NCBI GenBank assembly: GCA_036504235.1
Contig: DASXVN010000005.1
Coordinates: 76,497-140,496 of the forward strand
Direction of reading: 5' to 3'
Length of the DNA stretch: 64,000 nt
Origin: Armatimonadota bacterium
GTDB taxonomy: Bacteria; Armatimonadota; Zipacnadia; Zipacnadales; Zipacnadaceae
This document shows, piece by piece, positions 54,323 through 63,992 of this stretch. A program made the position numbers and the translations under genes. The notes below the pieces were generated by a model that was not told the origin of the DNA, did not search any database, and saw only the letters and a list, made by a program, of their open reading frames with translations. The number at the start of each line of letters is the position of its first letter. The first letter of the stretch is position 1.

Positions 54323-55215
54323 CAGAGCGTCTCCCCGGCCGAGAGCCGCTCCTCGGGAACCGCGATGATGTGCGGCTCGGCGTCGGGATAGGCGACATAC
54401 GGGGCCACTCGGTAGCGCTCAGTCAGGGAGTTCAGTTGCGCCGCCAGCGCCTGCTCGTCACCGGGCAGGTGGTAGCTGGCCGCGATGACCACCGGCCGGT
54501 AGCACCGCAGCGTCTCCGCCGCACCCGCCAGGGCGGCCGCCTCCCCGCCCTCCACGTCCAGCTTGAGCAGGTCCACGCGCCCCAGCCCGGCGGCGATCTC
54601 GTCCACCGTCGTCGCCCGCACCGTCACTCGTCCGCTGATCTCCACGCCGAAGTTGGTGGTCAGCGCCTGGACGCCCAGGTTGGTGTGCGCCCACTCCAGG
54701 GTCATCTCGCCCGGCGCGGCGGCCAGGGCCCCGGCCAGCACCGTGATCTCCGCCCCGCCAGCGCCGGCCACGTTTTCCCGCAGCAGCGCCAGGTTCTGCG
54801 GGCACGGCTCCACGCTGACGACCTTGCCGGCCGGCCCCACCAGCTTGGCGGCGAGCCGCGCGAAGCAGCCCACGTGCGCGCCCCCGTCAATCACCACGTC
54901 CCCCGGCCGCAGGAACCGCGAGGCGTCGTACTGGTCCAGACAATAGACGGGGAACCACAGTTGGATCAGCGCCGCCCAGCTCGCCTCCGCCTCGGAGCCC
55001 TCGCGAGGGCGGGAGAGCACGAAGCGCTCCCGGCCCAGCGTGAGCAGGAAGGTGTCCGGGTCGCGCGGGCCCAGGTGAAGGCCGAAAAGTCGTCGCCAGG
55101 CCGGGGACTGCGCCGCCCGCCGGGGACTGAGCAGAAAGCCTAGCGTCGGCCAGGACAAGCCCCGCGTGGCCCGCAGCCGCTGCGCCAGCATCCGCCGGAA
55201 GGCCAGCGGGTTCAT
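54322..55215 (-). CDS. FkbM-family methyltransferase.
   Basis: 'VVIDGGAHVGCF' and 'LLKLDVEGGE' are FkbM-domain signatures. Its ATG (55215-55213) overlaps the upstream TGA (55214-55212) as ATGA. Confidence 0.6.
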   Translation of the reverse strand: MNPLAFRRMLAQRLRATRGLSWPTLGFLLSPRRAAQSPAWRRLFGLHLGPRDPDTFLLTLGRERFVLSRPREGSEAEASWAALIQLWFPVYCLDQYDASRFLRPGDVVIDGGAHVGCFARLAAKLVGPAGKVVSVEPCPQNLALLRENVAGAGGAEITVLAGALAAAPGEMTLEWAHTNLGVQALTTNFGVEISGRVTVRATTVDEIAAGLGRVDLLKLDVEGGEAAALAGAAETLRCYRPVVIAASYHLPGDEQALAAQLNSLTERYRVAPYVAYPDAEPHIIAVPEERLSAGETL

Positions 55216-55907
55216 GCCCCGTCCTTCCGCGCGCAGCACAGGGCCAGCAGGTAGTTCGCCATGGGCTGGAAGCCGGTGTGGACCACCTCGTCATTCATGG
55301 AGAAGAGAAACACGTCGCGGAAGTAGCCCTCCAGCAGCCGCCGCAGAGCGGGGCCGTCTTTGCAGTTCACGTGGCCGGCGCGGCTGGGCTCGGAGGCGTA
55401 GGCCTGGGACTGCAGCGAGGGAGTCCCCACGATCAGCACGCCCTCCGGCGCCAGGGAGGCGACCAGGTGGCCCACGAAGTCGCGCTCCCGCTCCGGGGCG
55501 ATGTGCTCCAGCACGTCCAGAGCGTAGGCGGCGTCAAAGTCGCCCGGCACCGGGCCGGTCAGCAGATCGTGGACGCGGTACTCGCAAGGCCAGTGAGCGT
55601 CCTGGCGGGCGGTGGCGTCGGCGATGAAGACGGGGTCAAAGTCCACGGCGGTGAGCCGGGCCACCTCCTGCTGCACCAGCCGCGTGCCGAAGGCGTCCGC
55701 GCAGCCGACCTCCAGGACGTGGCGGCGGCCGGTGAGCATCTTGGCGACGAACTTGTAGCGGGCCAGCAGGAAGACCAGCCGCTTGGGGTCGTCATGCCAG
55801 GTCTGATTGCTCATCAGCCCCAGCGGGGTGAGGCCCTCGCCGTCGCGCAGCTCCACGCACCGCTGGTATTGAGTTTCGCGAGTATGCTCGGACACGGGGT
55901 CCCCCAA
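55212..55907 (-). CDS. Class I SAM-dependent methyltransferase.
   Basis: 'HVLEVGCADAFGTRLV' (motif I) and 'YALDVLEHI'. It abuts the upstream gene (stop at 55908-55910). Confidence 0.55.
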   Translation of the reverse strand: MGDPVSEHTRETQYQRCVELRDGEGLTPLGLMSNQTWHDDPKRLVFLLARYKFVAKMLTGRRHVLEVGCADAFGTRLVQQEVARLTAVDFDPVFIADATARQDAHWPCEYRVHDLLTGPVPGDFDAAYALDVLEHIAPERERDFVGHLVASLAPEGVLIVGTPSLQSQAYASEPSRAGHVNCKDGPALRRLLEGYFRDVFLFSMNDEVVHTGFQPMANYLLALCCARKDGA

Positions 55908-56669
55908 TCACTCGAAGTAGATGAAAGAATGGTCGCCGCGGTAGCCGGTCTGGCCGAAGATCCACTCCCACTCCGCGGGGGTGTGGAAGGCGCGGCAGGT
56001 GAGCTGCCAATAGAGCAGATTCACCTTCTCGCGCTCGTTGCGGTAGGCCTCGACGCACAGGTACTGGGCGGCGCGGCTGACCCGCTCCAGCTCGGCCAGC
56101 GCGGCCCACAACTCGTTGATATACAGGTTGTGCAGGGTGTTGATCGAGTAGACGAAGTCAAAGGAATCGTCCGGATAGGGAAGCTGCGCGGCGCTGCCCA
56201 GGTGCAGAAAAGGCTGCACTTCCGGCTTGGCGTTTTCCAGCGCATATGCCGAGATATCCAGCCCGACCACTTCCACGCCGGGCACCACCTGGGTGAACTC
56301 GTAGAGCAGGAAGGCCTTCCCGCAGCCCACGTCCAGAATTCTCATGCCCGGCTGCAGGCCGTAGTGGGCCACCATCTGCTCGGCCACCGCCCGCCAACGG
56401 CCGTCGTAGCGGTAGCCGCCGTAGCCGTACTTGCGGTCGCCGTCCCAGTAGTCGCGGCCGAACTGAATCGCCACCGCCGCGACCTCGGCCTTGTCGGCCT
56501 CGTTGACCCGGGCGAGGTAGTCGCGGGTGGTGGCTTTGTGGATGGGACTGAGAAAGTCAACGTAAGACACGGGCGGTACCGCCTGTACAGCGTAGTGGTT
56601 ATGGTTGGTGCTGGTACTCCAGCGGCTGCCGACGAATCTCCTCCCAGTTCTCTTCGACCCAGGAGACAA
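55908..56669 (-). CDS. Class I SAM-dependent methyltransferase (Methyltransf_11/23-like).
   Basis: 'MRILDVGCGKAFLLYEF' and 'FDFVYSINTLHNL'. The start is uncertain: TTG 56669 overlaps the upstream gene by 70 nt; an internal GTG near 56573 would leave a ~26-nt gap. Confidence 0.5.
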   Translation of the reverse strand: MSPGSKRTGRRFVGSRWSTSTNHNHYAVQAVPPVSYVDFLSPIHKATTRDYLARVNEADKAEVAAVAIQFGRDYWDGDRKYGYGGYRYDGRWRAVAEQMVAHYGLQPGMRILDVGCGKAFLLYEFTQVVPGVEVVGLDISAYALENAKPEVQPFLHLGSAAQLPYPDDSFDFVYSINTLHNLYINELWAALAELERVSRAAQYLCVEAYRNEREKVNLLYWQLTCRAFHTPAEWEWIFGQTGYRGDHSFIYFE

Positions 56670-57600
56670 CCTCCGCCAGGCCCTCCTCGATGGGGACCGT
56701 CGGCCGCCAGCCCAGTCCGGCGCGGGCGCGGGTGGACTCGATCACATAGGCGGCGTCCTGTCCGGGGCGCTCGGCGACCGTCTCGGTGGCGGTGGCGAAA
56801 TCCCGCCCCAGGCGCTCGCAGATCAGCCGTACCACCTCGCGCACCGCGATCCCCGCATCCGGCGAAAGGTGGTAAGTGCTACCCAGCTCACCCCGGTCGA
56901 GGATCGCTAGTTCCCCTCGCGACACGTCGCGAATATGGATATACGACTTGACCGCGGCCCCGCCGCCATGCAACTGGATCGCGCGCCCCAGCAGCAGGTA
57001 GATCACCGAGCGCGGGATGATCTTGAAAAGCTGCTGCCGGGCGCCGTAGACGTTGGTGGCCCGGACGGTGACCAGCGGGAAGCCGAACTGCTTGTAGTAC
57101 GTCCGCAGGAGCAGGTCCGCGGCCGCCTTGGAGGCGGCGTAGGGCGTGCTCGGATGGAGCGGCGCGTCCTCATAGACGCTCCCCACGCAGGTGCCGTAGA
57201 CCTCCGGCGAGGAGACGTGCAGGTAGCGCTGCAGGTAGTCCCGGCGGCGCAGATGATTGACCAGTCCGGCCAGGGCCACGCAGTTGGTCTGAAACCACTG
57301 CTCCGGGTGCTCCCAGCTAGGCGCCACCTCGCTCTGCGCGGCGAAGTTGACGATCGCCTGCGGGCGTTCGGCGTCCAGCAGGGCCAGCAGCTCCGGCAGG
57401 TCCCGGTTTAGGTCCAGTTGGTAGTAGCGGTAGCGCGAGAGGTCGGGGCGCAGTTTGTAGCGCAAGGCCAGGGCCGAGCGCTCCTGAGAGCGGCTCACGC
57501 CCAGGACCTCCTGGGTCGGATCGTCGAGCAGCAGGTCCACGAAGTCCTGCCCCGAGAAGGAATTGGCGCCCAGCACGACGACTTTGCGGGTGGTGCTCAT
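56599..57600 (-). CDS. NDP-sugar 4,6-dehydratase (RfbB/RmlB-like extended SDR).
   Basis: 'VVVLGANSFSGQDFVDLLL' and the catalytic 'PYAASKAAADLLLRTYYKQFGFPLVTVRATNVYG' (YxxxK), similar to dTDP-glucose 4,6-dehydratase. ATG 57600 overlaps the upstream TGA as ATGA. Confidence 0.6.
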   Translation of the reverse strand: MSTTRKVVVLGANSFSGQDFVDLLLDDPTQEVLGVSRSQERSALALRYKLRPDLSRYRYYQLDLNRDLPELLALLDAERPQAIVNFAAQSEVAPSWEHPEQWFQTNCVALAGLVNHLRRRDYLQRYLHVSSPEVYGTCVGSVYEDAPLHPSTPYAASKAAADLLLRTYYKQFGFPLVTVRATNVYGARQQLFKIIPRSVIYLLLGRAIQLHGGGAAVKSYIHIRDVSRGELAILDRGELGSTYHLSPDAGIAVREVVRLICERLGRDFATATETVAERPGQDAAYVIESTRARAGLGWRPTVPIEEGLAEVVSWVEENWEEIRRQPLEYQHQP

Positions 57601-58619
57601 GGCGTGACGGCTCCTGGTGAGTCGAGATCGGATTGCGCCCGTCGCAGCAGGGCCCGGGCCGCCGTAAGCTGCCGCGCGGCCGACTCCGGCGCGGGGCCCT
57701 CCCCGGCGGCGAAGCGACGGCGGGCGCTGCCCTCCGGCAGCAGCCCGTTGAGCAGGATGCAGCACCACTTGAGGCGATACAGGGGCAGCAGCGCCCCGCA
57801 GCGGGCCAGGTGGAGGCCCGGATCAGACAGCTCCGCGGCTACCGCCCCGGCGAACTCCGGGTACAGCTCCGGCGGCACGGGTACCGCCGGCTGGCAGAAG
57901 AAATCGCCGACCAGCTTAGCCGGATCGTCCCAGCCCGCGTACTCAAAGTCCAGAAAGCGCAGGCGGCCGCCCGCCTCGCGCAGGGCGTTGTGAAAACCGA
58001 AGTCGGAGGGCGACAGGCAATGGTCGGCCTCCGGCAGGGCTAGTTCCGCCTCGCGCCCCTCCAGCGCCCCCGCCACGCGCTCGCAGGCGGGCGCCAGCTC
58101 CTCCCGCACGAAGCTCTGCGCCTCGCCGCCGGTGACCTCGGCCAATCGCCGCACCCGCCGCGCCACGCACTCCCGGTGGTCGGCGAGGGTGAAGCAGGCC
58201 TCCGAGGCGGGCGGCAGGGCGCTGGCCTCCGGGAGAGGCTGGAGCCGGTGGAGCGCCCGGTACAGCGCCAGCGCCTGGCCCAGCTCCTCTCGCCCTACCT
58301 CCCCGGAAACCAGCCGCTCCCCGCACACGTACTCATACAGCGCGGCGTTCCCGGCGCGGTCGCAGGCCAGCGGTTGGGGGACGCAGCGCAGACCGTGGTC
58401 CCAGGCGAACGACAGGAAGGCCCACTCGGCGCCCAGGCGGTCGCGGAGGTCCTCCGGGTGGCGGAAGTAGACCTTGAGCGCGACCTTCCGGCCGCCGACC
58501 TCAACCCGGAAGACCCGGTTGTTGGCCCCGCCGGTCAGGGGCTCCAGGTGCGGCACGCCGGCCAGACCGGCGTGCGCCAGCAGCCGCGCTAGCGTCTCGC
58601 GAGTCGGCGCCTGGTTCAT
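57597..58619 (-). CDS. Phosphotransferase-enzyme-family (APH/choline-kinase-like) small-molecule kinase.
   Basis: 'LEPLTGGANNRVFRVEVGGRKVALKVY' is the nucleotide-binding N-lobe typical of the APH fold. ATG 58619 overlaps the upstream TGA as ATGA. Confidence 0.5.
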   Translation of the reverse strand: MNQAPTRETLARLLAHAGLAGVPHLEPLTGGANNRVFRVEVGGRKVALKVYFRHPEDLRDRLGAEWAFLSFAWDHGLRCVPQPLACDRAGNAALYEYVCGERLVSGEVGREELGQALALYRALHRLQPLPEASALPPASEACFTLADHRECVARRVRRLAEVTGGEAQSFVREELAPACERVAGALEGREAELALPEADHCLSPSDFGFHNALREAGGRLRFLDFEYAGWDDPAKLVGDFFCQPAVPVPPELYPEFAGAVAAELSDPGLHLARCGALLPLYRLKWCCILLNGLLPEGSARRRFAAGEGPAPESAARQLTAARALLRRAQSDLDSPGAVTP

Positions 58620-59197
58620 CGGCGCAGCAACTCCCCTAGCTCGGCCCACGAGGCGACCCGGGGGAAACGGGTCTCGCCCTCGTGTTGCCCGTGCGGGTCA
58701 AAGAGCACCCGGCAGACGCCCGCGGGGAACTCCGGCTCGGCCAGAAACTCGGGCAGATCGTCCACGAAGTGGGTGCAGCCGAGGGCGGCGATCCGCGCCA
58801 GCTTGTCCGCCTTGGTCAGCTCCAGAAAGACGCGGTCGGCGGGCAGGCCGTGCTCGGCCAGCCACTGCCGGGCGGCGGCGTGCAGGTCGTACTGCGGCCC
58901 TCGGAAGGGGTAGCGGGTCTTGTGGCTAATGATCCAGACGGAAACCTGCTCGCTGAGGCAGCGGGCCAGGAACTCCAGCGCGCCGGGAAAGGCCTGCGCC
59001 TCGTCCAGACGCGCGCCGTACAGGTAGCCCTGCAACTCGGTCCAGTCCTCCTCGCGGTCGCCGCGGCGCAGGTAGTCGCGGACGGCGTACTTGCTCACGG
59101 GCAGGTCGGCGGGGATCAGGCCGCGCTCCACCGCGACGCGATGAAACCCGGCGTCATAGCAGACCAGGGTATTGTCAAAGTCCACCCCGAGGCGCAT
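58616..59197 (-). CDS. HAD-superfamily hydrolase (phosphatase).
   Basis: 'MRLGVDFDNTLV' is the DxDxT motif I, and 'WIISHK' is motif II-like. Confidence 0.6.
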   Translation of the reverse strand: MRLGVDFDNTLVCYDAGFHRVAVERGLIPADLPVSKYAVRDYLRRGDREEDWTELQGYLYGARLDEAQAFPGALEFLARCLSEQVSVWIISHKTRYPFRGPQYDLHAAARQWLAEHGLPADRVFLELTKADKLARIAALGCTHFVDDLPEFLAEPEFPAGVCRVLFDPHGQHEGETRFPRVASWAELGELLRR

Positions 59198-59200
59198 GGG

Positions 59201-60247
59201 TCAGACCGACTCCCCGCTCAGCTCGAGTAGCGGGCGCGCCACCCGCGCGGCCTCCAGATCATCCAGCGCCTGATCAATCGCGCTCAGCGGGTAGACCGGG
59301 CCCAGCAGCGGCTCCAGATTCAGCCGCCCCGCGGCGATCAACCGGGCGTAGCGCGGAAAATCGCGGTCCGGCTGGGTATCGCCGCCCCAGGTGCCGAGCA
59401 GCCGCTTGCCCTGATTGAGCTGCCGAGGGTCGAGCGCCACCTGCTCCCCGTGGGGGGCGTTGCCCACGATGACGGCCGCCCCGCCCTGGCTGCGGACCGC
59501 GGCCAACGCCGCGCCCATGACCTCCGGCCGCCCGGTGGCCTCAATCGCGTAGTCCACGCCCCCCGGGCAAAGCCGCGCGATCTCCGCCGCCGGGTCCGCC
59601 TCCCCGGCCAGAATCACCGCAGTCGCCCCCAGTTGCCGGGCCAGGTCCAGCTTGGCGGGCACCACGTCAATCGCGATAATCGGCGTGTTCCCGGCGATCT
59701 GGGCCGCGGCTACCGCGCACAGGCCCACGCCGCCCAGGCCGAAGACGGCCAGACTCTCCCCCGGCCGGGACCCGGCGGCGTTGAAGACCGCCCCTGCGCC
59801 GGTGGCGACCGCGCAGCCGAGCAGCGCCGCGTGCCGCAGGGACAGCCCCGCCGGCAGCACCGTCAGCCGGTTCTCGCTGAGCACCGCGTGGGTGGCGAAA
59901 GTGGTGATCGCGCCGGCGTTGACGGTCCGCCCCGCCCAGTCATAGACGGTGCCGGGCACGTCGCGGCCGCTGCCCTTGATCCAGGAGAGAATCACGGCGT
60001 CGCCGGGCCGGACCTTGGTGACGCCTGCTCCGACCTCGCGCACCACCCCGCTGCCCTCGTGCCCCAGGCAGTGCGGCAGGTAGCGGTCCTCGCCGCGCCG
60101 GCCGCGGACCTCCAGCACCTGCGTGTGGCAGACGCCGCTGTAGGCGATCTCCACCAGCGCCTGGCCCGGCTTCAGCGCCGGAATCTCCAGTTCGGCAATT
60201 TCCAGCGGTCGGCCCAACTCCACCAAGACAGCGGCAGTGGTCTTCAT
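59201..60247 (-). CDS. Zinc-dependent alcohol dehydrogenase (MDR family).
   Basis: 'GVCHTQVLEVRG....CLGHEGSGVV' (Zn ligands) and 'GLGGVGLCAVAAAQIAG' (NAD fold). Confidence 0.65.
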   Translation of the reverse strand: MKTTAAVLVELGRPLEIAELEIPALKPGQALVEIAYSGVCHTQVLEVRGRRGEDRYLPHCLGHEGSGVVREVGAGVTKVRPGDAVILSWIKGSGRDVPGTVYDWAGRTVNAGAITTFATHAVLSENRLTVLPAGLSLRHAALLGCAVATGAGAVFNAAGSRPGESLAVFGLGGVGLCAVAAAQIAGNTPIIAIDVVPAKLDLARQLGATAVILAGEADPAAEIARLCPGGVDYAIEATGRPEVMGAALAAVRSQGGAAVIVGNAPHGEQVALDPRQLNQGKRLLGTWGGDTQPDRDFPRYARLIAAGRLNLEPLLGPVYPLSAIDQALDDLEAARVARPLLELSGESV

Positions 60248-60254
60248 CGTAGGC

Positions 60255-61187
60255 TCAACTCGTTTCCCCGGCTAGACGTCGCCGGACGCGCTCGGCGATA
60301 CTCGCGGGCGTCAGGCCGTAGCGTTCCCGCAGATAGGCCTGATCGCCGGCCTCGGGGAGGAAGTAGTCGCCGGTGCCCACGCGCAGTAGACGGGCACCGG
60401 GGCGGTCTTGGTCGGCCCGCCACTCGGCCACGCTGCCGCCCAGGCCCCCCAGGACGCTGTGCTCCTCCACGGTCGCCACCAAGCGGAAGCGGGCAAAGGC
60501 CGCCGCCAGCAGCGCCTCGTCAAGCGGCTTGACCGTGTGGAAACTGACCACCTGCGTTGAGACACCGGCCTCCGCCAGCACCGCCGCAGCCTCCAGGGCC
60601 AGGGGCAGGACGTTGCCGGCCGCCAGGAGACACACGTCCTCCCCGGGGCGGACTACAAGCGCGCGGCCCAGGGCGAACTCCGGCGGCGCGGCGTGGACAG
60701 TCGGCTCGCCTTTCTTGCCCAGGCGCAGGTAGACCGGGCCGGGCTGCTGGGCCGCGGCCCGCAGGGCCAGCCGCGCCTCCACCGGGTCGCCGGGGGCCAC
60801 GACCGTCATGTTGGGCAGGACGCGCAACAGGGCCAGGTCCTCGCACGACTGGTGCGTGGGACCGTTAGCGGCATAGGACAGGCCTCCGCCCACCCCCGCG
60901 ATGATTACCGGCAAGTTGTGATAGCACACGTCCACCCGGATCTGCTCCAGACAGCGCGTGGTCGTGAAGGGGGCGATGGTGTAGGTGATCGGCCGCAGCC
61001 CGCACAACGCCATCCCCGCGGCGACGCTCATCATGTTGGCCTCGGCCACCCCGCAATTGTAGAATTGGTCGGGGAAGCGGGCCTTAAAGTCGTCAAACAT
61101 GCGGTTGCCGATGTCCCCGGAGAGCAGGACCACCGGCGCGCCGCTCTCGGCCAGCGCGGTTAGCTCGGCGACGAAGGCGTTTCTCAT
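60255..61187 (-). CDS. Transketolase, C-terminal (pyrimidine-binding plus C-domain) subunit of a split transketolase.
   Basis: 'FYNCGVAEANMMSVAAGMALCGLRPI' and 'PTHQSCEDLALLRVLPNMTVVAPGD'. ATG 61187 overlaps the upstream TGA as ATGA. Confidence 0.7.
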   Translation of the reverse strand: MRNAFVAELTALAESGAPVVLLSGDIGNRMFDDFKARFPDQFYNCGVAEANMMSVAAGMALCGLRPITYTIAPFTTTRCLEQIRVDVCYHNLPVIIAGVGGGLSYAANGPTHQSCEDLALLRVLPNMTVVAPGDPVEARLALRAAAQQPGPVYLRLGKKGEPTVHAAPPEFALGRALVVRPGEDVCLLAAGNVLPLALEAAAVLAEAGVSTQVVSFHTVKPLDEALLAAAFARFRLVATVEEHSVLGGLGGSVAEWRADQDRPGARLLRVGTGDYFLPEAGDQAYLRERYGLTPASIAERVRRRLAGETS

Positions 61188-62005
61188 ACCGGCCCCAACT
61201 CCGCCTGCGCCCGCGCGACTTCCTCGGCGTTGGGCACGCGGTAGTGCCAGTTGTTGTCGTCCTCCATGAAGGACACGCCCCGGCCCTTGACGGTGTGGGC
61301 GATCAGCGCCACCGGCCGCCCGCTGCCGTCGGGAACTCGCTCCAGCGCCGCGGCGAGGGCGGCCAGGTCGTGGCCGTCCACCTCGGCGGCGCTCCAGCCG
61401 AAAGCCTCCCATTTCTCGCGCAGGGGGGCCAGGGCCAGCACTTCATTGCTGCGCCCGGTGGCCTGCCACTTGTTGTAGTCCACGATCGCCACCAGGTTGT
61501 CGAGGCCCTGGGCGGGGGCCATCATCGCCGCCTCCCACACTGAGCCCTCGTTGCACTCGCCATCGCTCATGATCACGAACACCCGGTAGTCGCGCCCCTG
61601 AATCCGGCCGGCCAGGGCCATGCCCAGGCCCAGCGACAGGCCGTGCCCCAGGGAACCGCTGGCGATCTCCACGCCCGGCGCACAGGCCGCTCCGGGGTGC
61701 TCGGGCAGGCAGCCCCCCGGCTCGGCGTAGTGGTCGAGCAACTCCGCCGGGAAGAAGCCCCGGTACGCCAAAGCGGCGTAGAGAGCCGTGGCCGCGTGGC
61801 CCTTGCTGAACAGGAGCCGGTCGCGCGCGAGATCGTCGGGACGCCGGGGGTCAATCCGCAGCGCCTCCCAGTAGGCGGCCACCAGCAGGTCCACGCAGGA
61901 CAGCGCCGAGGCCAGATGCGGCGCGCCCGCGGCGTGCGACATCTGGACCAGCCGGCTGCGGATCCGGCGCGAGAGGGCCGTCAACTCGCTCAGATCGTGC
62001 TTCAT
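61184..62005 (-). CDS. Transketolase, N-terminal (TPP-binding) subunit of a split transketolase.
   Basis: 'LFSKGHAATALYAALAYRGF', 'GSLGHGLSLGLGMALAG' and 'VFVIMSDGECNEGSVWEA'. ATG 62005 overlaps the upstream TGA as ATGA. Confidence 0.7.
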   Translation of the reverse strand: MKHDLSELTALSRRIRSRLVQMSHAAGAPHLASALSCVDLLVAAYWEALRIDPRRPDDLARDRLLFSKGHAATALYAALAYRGFFPAELLDHYAEPGGCLPEHPGAACAPGVEIASGSLGHGLSLGLGMALAGRIQGRDYRVFVIMSDGECNEGSVWEAAMMAPAQGLDNLVAIVDYNKWQATGRSNEVLALAPLREKWEAFGWSAAEVDGHDLAALAAALERVPDGSGRPVALIAHTVKGRGVSFMEDDNNWHYRVPNAEEVARAQAELGPV

Positions 62006-63000
62006 GACAGGGGCCGGGCGCGCATCGTCTCGACGTTGAAGAATTTGGGGTCGGTCAGCGCTTCCGGGACCAGGCCGGCGTCGAAAGCCGCCAGCAGCCC
62101 CCGCACGGCGTCCTCGAGACTGCGCTGCGCCTCCCAGCCCAACTCGCGGCGGAGGGTCTCCGAGGAGATGTGGTAGGAGCGCCGGTCCTCGTAGGGAGTA
62201 ACCTCGATCTCCACGTCCGGTCCCACCACCTCCCGCACGATATGCGCGATCTCCAGGACCGTGTGGTTCCGCATACCCGCGTTGAACACGCGGCCGTCAA
62301 TCGCCGCGGCGGGATACTGGAGCATCTGCACGTACACGTCGGCAATATCCTCCACGTGAATGTTAGGCCGCTTCTGCTCCCCGCCCAGGACCGTGATCTG
62401 GCGGCGGTGATAGGCCTGGTTGGTGAGGATGTTGACCACCACGTCCAGCCGCAGCCGGGGCGAGTAGCCGCAGACCGTGGCGGGGCGGATGCTCACCGTA
62501 GTGAAGCCGGGTTGCCGCTCGGCCAGCAGTTCCTCCTCACAGATCGCCTTGTACCGGGAGTATCCGGTCAGCGGATTGAGCGGCAGGTCCTCCGTGACCT
62601 CGGCCTCTTCCTTGGGCCCATAGACGCTGGAGCTGGAGGCGAAGATGAAGCGCTCCACGCCGCTGTCGCGGGCCAGCCGCACCAGGGGCCGGAAGGAGTC
62701 GTAGTTGACCGACTTGCCCAGTTCCGGGTCAAGGTCAAAGCTGGGGTCGTTGGAGATGGCGGCGAGGTGGACCACCGCCTGGCAGCCGGGCAGAATCTGC
62801 GCCAGCAGTTGCTCGTCGCGCAGGTCGCCGGCAATGGCCGTGAACCGCGGATGAGCGGCCACCGCGCCCAGCGGCGCGTGGCCGTAGAGGAAGAGGTCCA
62901 GCACCTTCACCGCGTGTCCGGCGGCCAGCAACTTGGGAACCAGGACGGAGCCGACGTAGCCGGCCCCGCCCGTAACTAGTACGGTACTATTCGTCTCCAT
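62002..63000 (-). CDS. NAD-dependent nucleotide-sugar epimerase/dehydratase (extended SDR).
   Basis: 'VLVTGGAGYVGSVLVPKLL' and 'YSRYKAICEEEL' (YxxxK). Confidence 0.65.
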   Translation of the reverse strand: METNSTVLVTGGAGYVGSVLVPKLLAAGHAVKVLDLFLYGHAPLGAVAAHPRFTAIAGDLRDEQLLAQILPGCQAVVHLAAISNDPSFDLDPELGKSVNYDSFRPLVRLARDSGVERFIFASSSSVYGPKEEAEVTEDLPLNPLTGYSRYKAICEEELLAERQPGFTTVSIRPATVCGYSPRLRLDVVVNILTNQAYHRRQITVLGGEQKRPNIHVEDIADVYVQMLQYPAAAIDGRVFNAGMRNHTVLEIAHIVREVVGPDVEIEVTPYEDRRSYHISSETLRRELGWEAQRSLEDAVRGLLAAFDAGLVPEALTDPKFFNVETMRARPLS

Positions 63001-63065
63001 GAGGACCAGTATACCCCGTTTCTTATGGTAAACGCCCGCCCTCGGCGCGGGGCGCGAGGTTCTGA

Positions 63066-63992
63066 CTAAGGCTTAACGGCCACCACCTGCAAGCCGGTGA
63101 CCGACAACTCCCGTAGGCTGTAACGTTGAAAATCCGGATGAAGTGCCCCCCGCAGTTCCTCCGTCACCCAGGGCGTAATCTGCTCCAGATCCGGCAGGAA
63201 AGTGTGTCCCAGCGGCTTTTGCGCCATGCCGTAGTTGTCGGTGATGCCGCCCGCCAGGCGGTGCGGCAGGCAGTATCCCGCGTAGGCCACGGTGAAGCCG
63301 GCCGCACGGAACTCCCGCAGATAGTCGGAGGCGCGGTGCCGGAAACTGAGCGGCCCCCGCGCCCGGTACTCCTCCTCGCTGTAGCGCAAGCAGTCCAGCG
63401 GCGCGTCGTCCAGGTGCGCGTGGTCGCGCAGATCAATGTCATGGCAGCACCAGCCGCCCGGCCGCAGCATCCGGAAGGTATTGCCCAGGACCGCCGGCAG
63501 GTCGTCCACGTGCTCGAGAACCGTGATCGAAAAGAGCGTGTCCAGGGAATCGTCAGCCAGGGCCAGCGCCTCCGCCCCCACCTGGGGCAGCACCGTCAGC
63601 AGGCCGGGCCGCAGCTCCACGTAGTGGGGCTCCCCGGCGACCGGCATGACCAGCTCCTCCAGGGTGCAAGGCGCCTGGTAGAAGGTGCCCAGCAGCGCCG
63701 CGATGGTCTCGGCGTAGGAGAGGGGTAGGCGGTTGGCCACGGGCGTCAGGTTGTTGATGTAGACCCGGTCGGCGCCGGACAAGAGTAGCGCCAGGGCGAG
63801 GCCCGGATGCGGATAGCTGCCGATCTCCAGGACCTCCCCGCGCAGCGGCGCGCCGACCACCGTGGCCCCCTGCCGCAGGGAGCGCAGGCAGATGGTCAGA
63901 TGAAACTCGGACCCGGCGACATTGTAGCTCAGGCGCAGCGACTCTTGCAGGGAGCGGCTGATCTTGTCCACCGAGTAGCCCGGCGGCCCCAT
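63066..63992 (-). CDS. Class I SAM-dependent methyltransferase. Its start is close to the window edge.
   Basis: 'VLEIGSYPHPGLALALLLSGA' and 'DTLFSITVLEHVDD'. The ORF begins at 63992, 8 nt from the window end, so the true start may lie further upstream. Confidence 0.5.
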   Translation of the reverse strand: MGPPGYSVDKISRSLQESLRLSYNVAGSEFHLTICLRSLRQGATVVGAPLRGEVLEIGSYPHPGLALALLLSGADRVYINNLTPVANRLPLSYAETIAALLGTFYQAPCTLEELVMPVAGEPHYVELRPGLLTVLPQVGAEALALADDSLDTLFSITVLEHVDDLPAVLGNTFRMLRPGGWCCHDIDLRDHAHLDDAPLDCLRYSEEEYRARGPLSFRHRASDYLREFRAAGFTVAYAGYCLPHRLAGGITDNYGMAQKPLGHTFLPDLEQITPWVTEELRGALHPDFQRYSLRELSVTGLQVVAVKP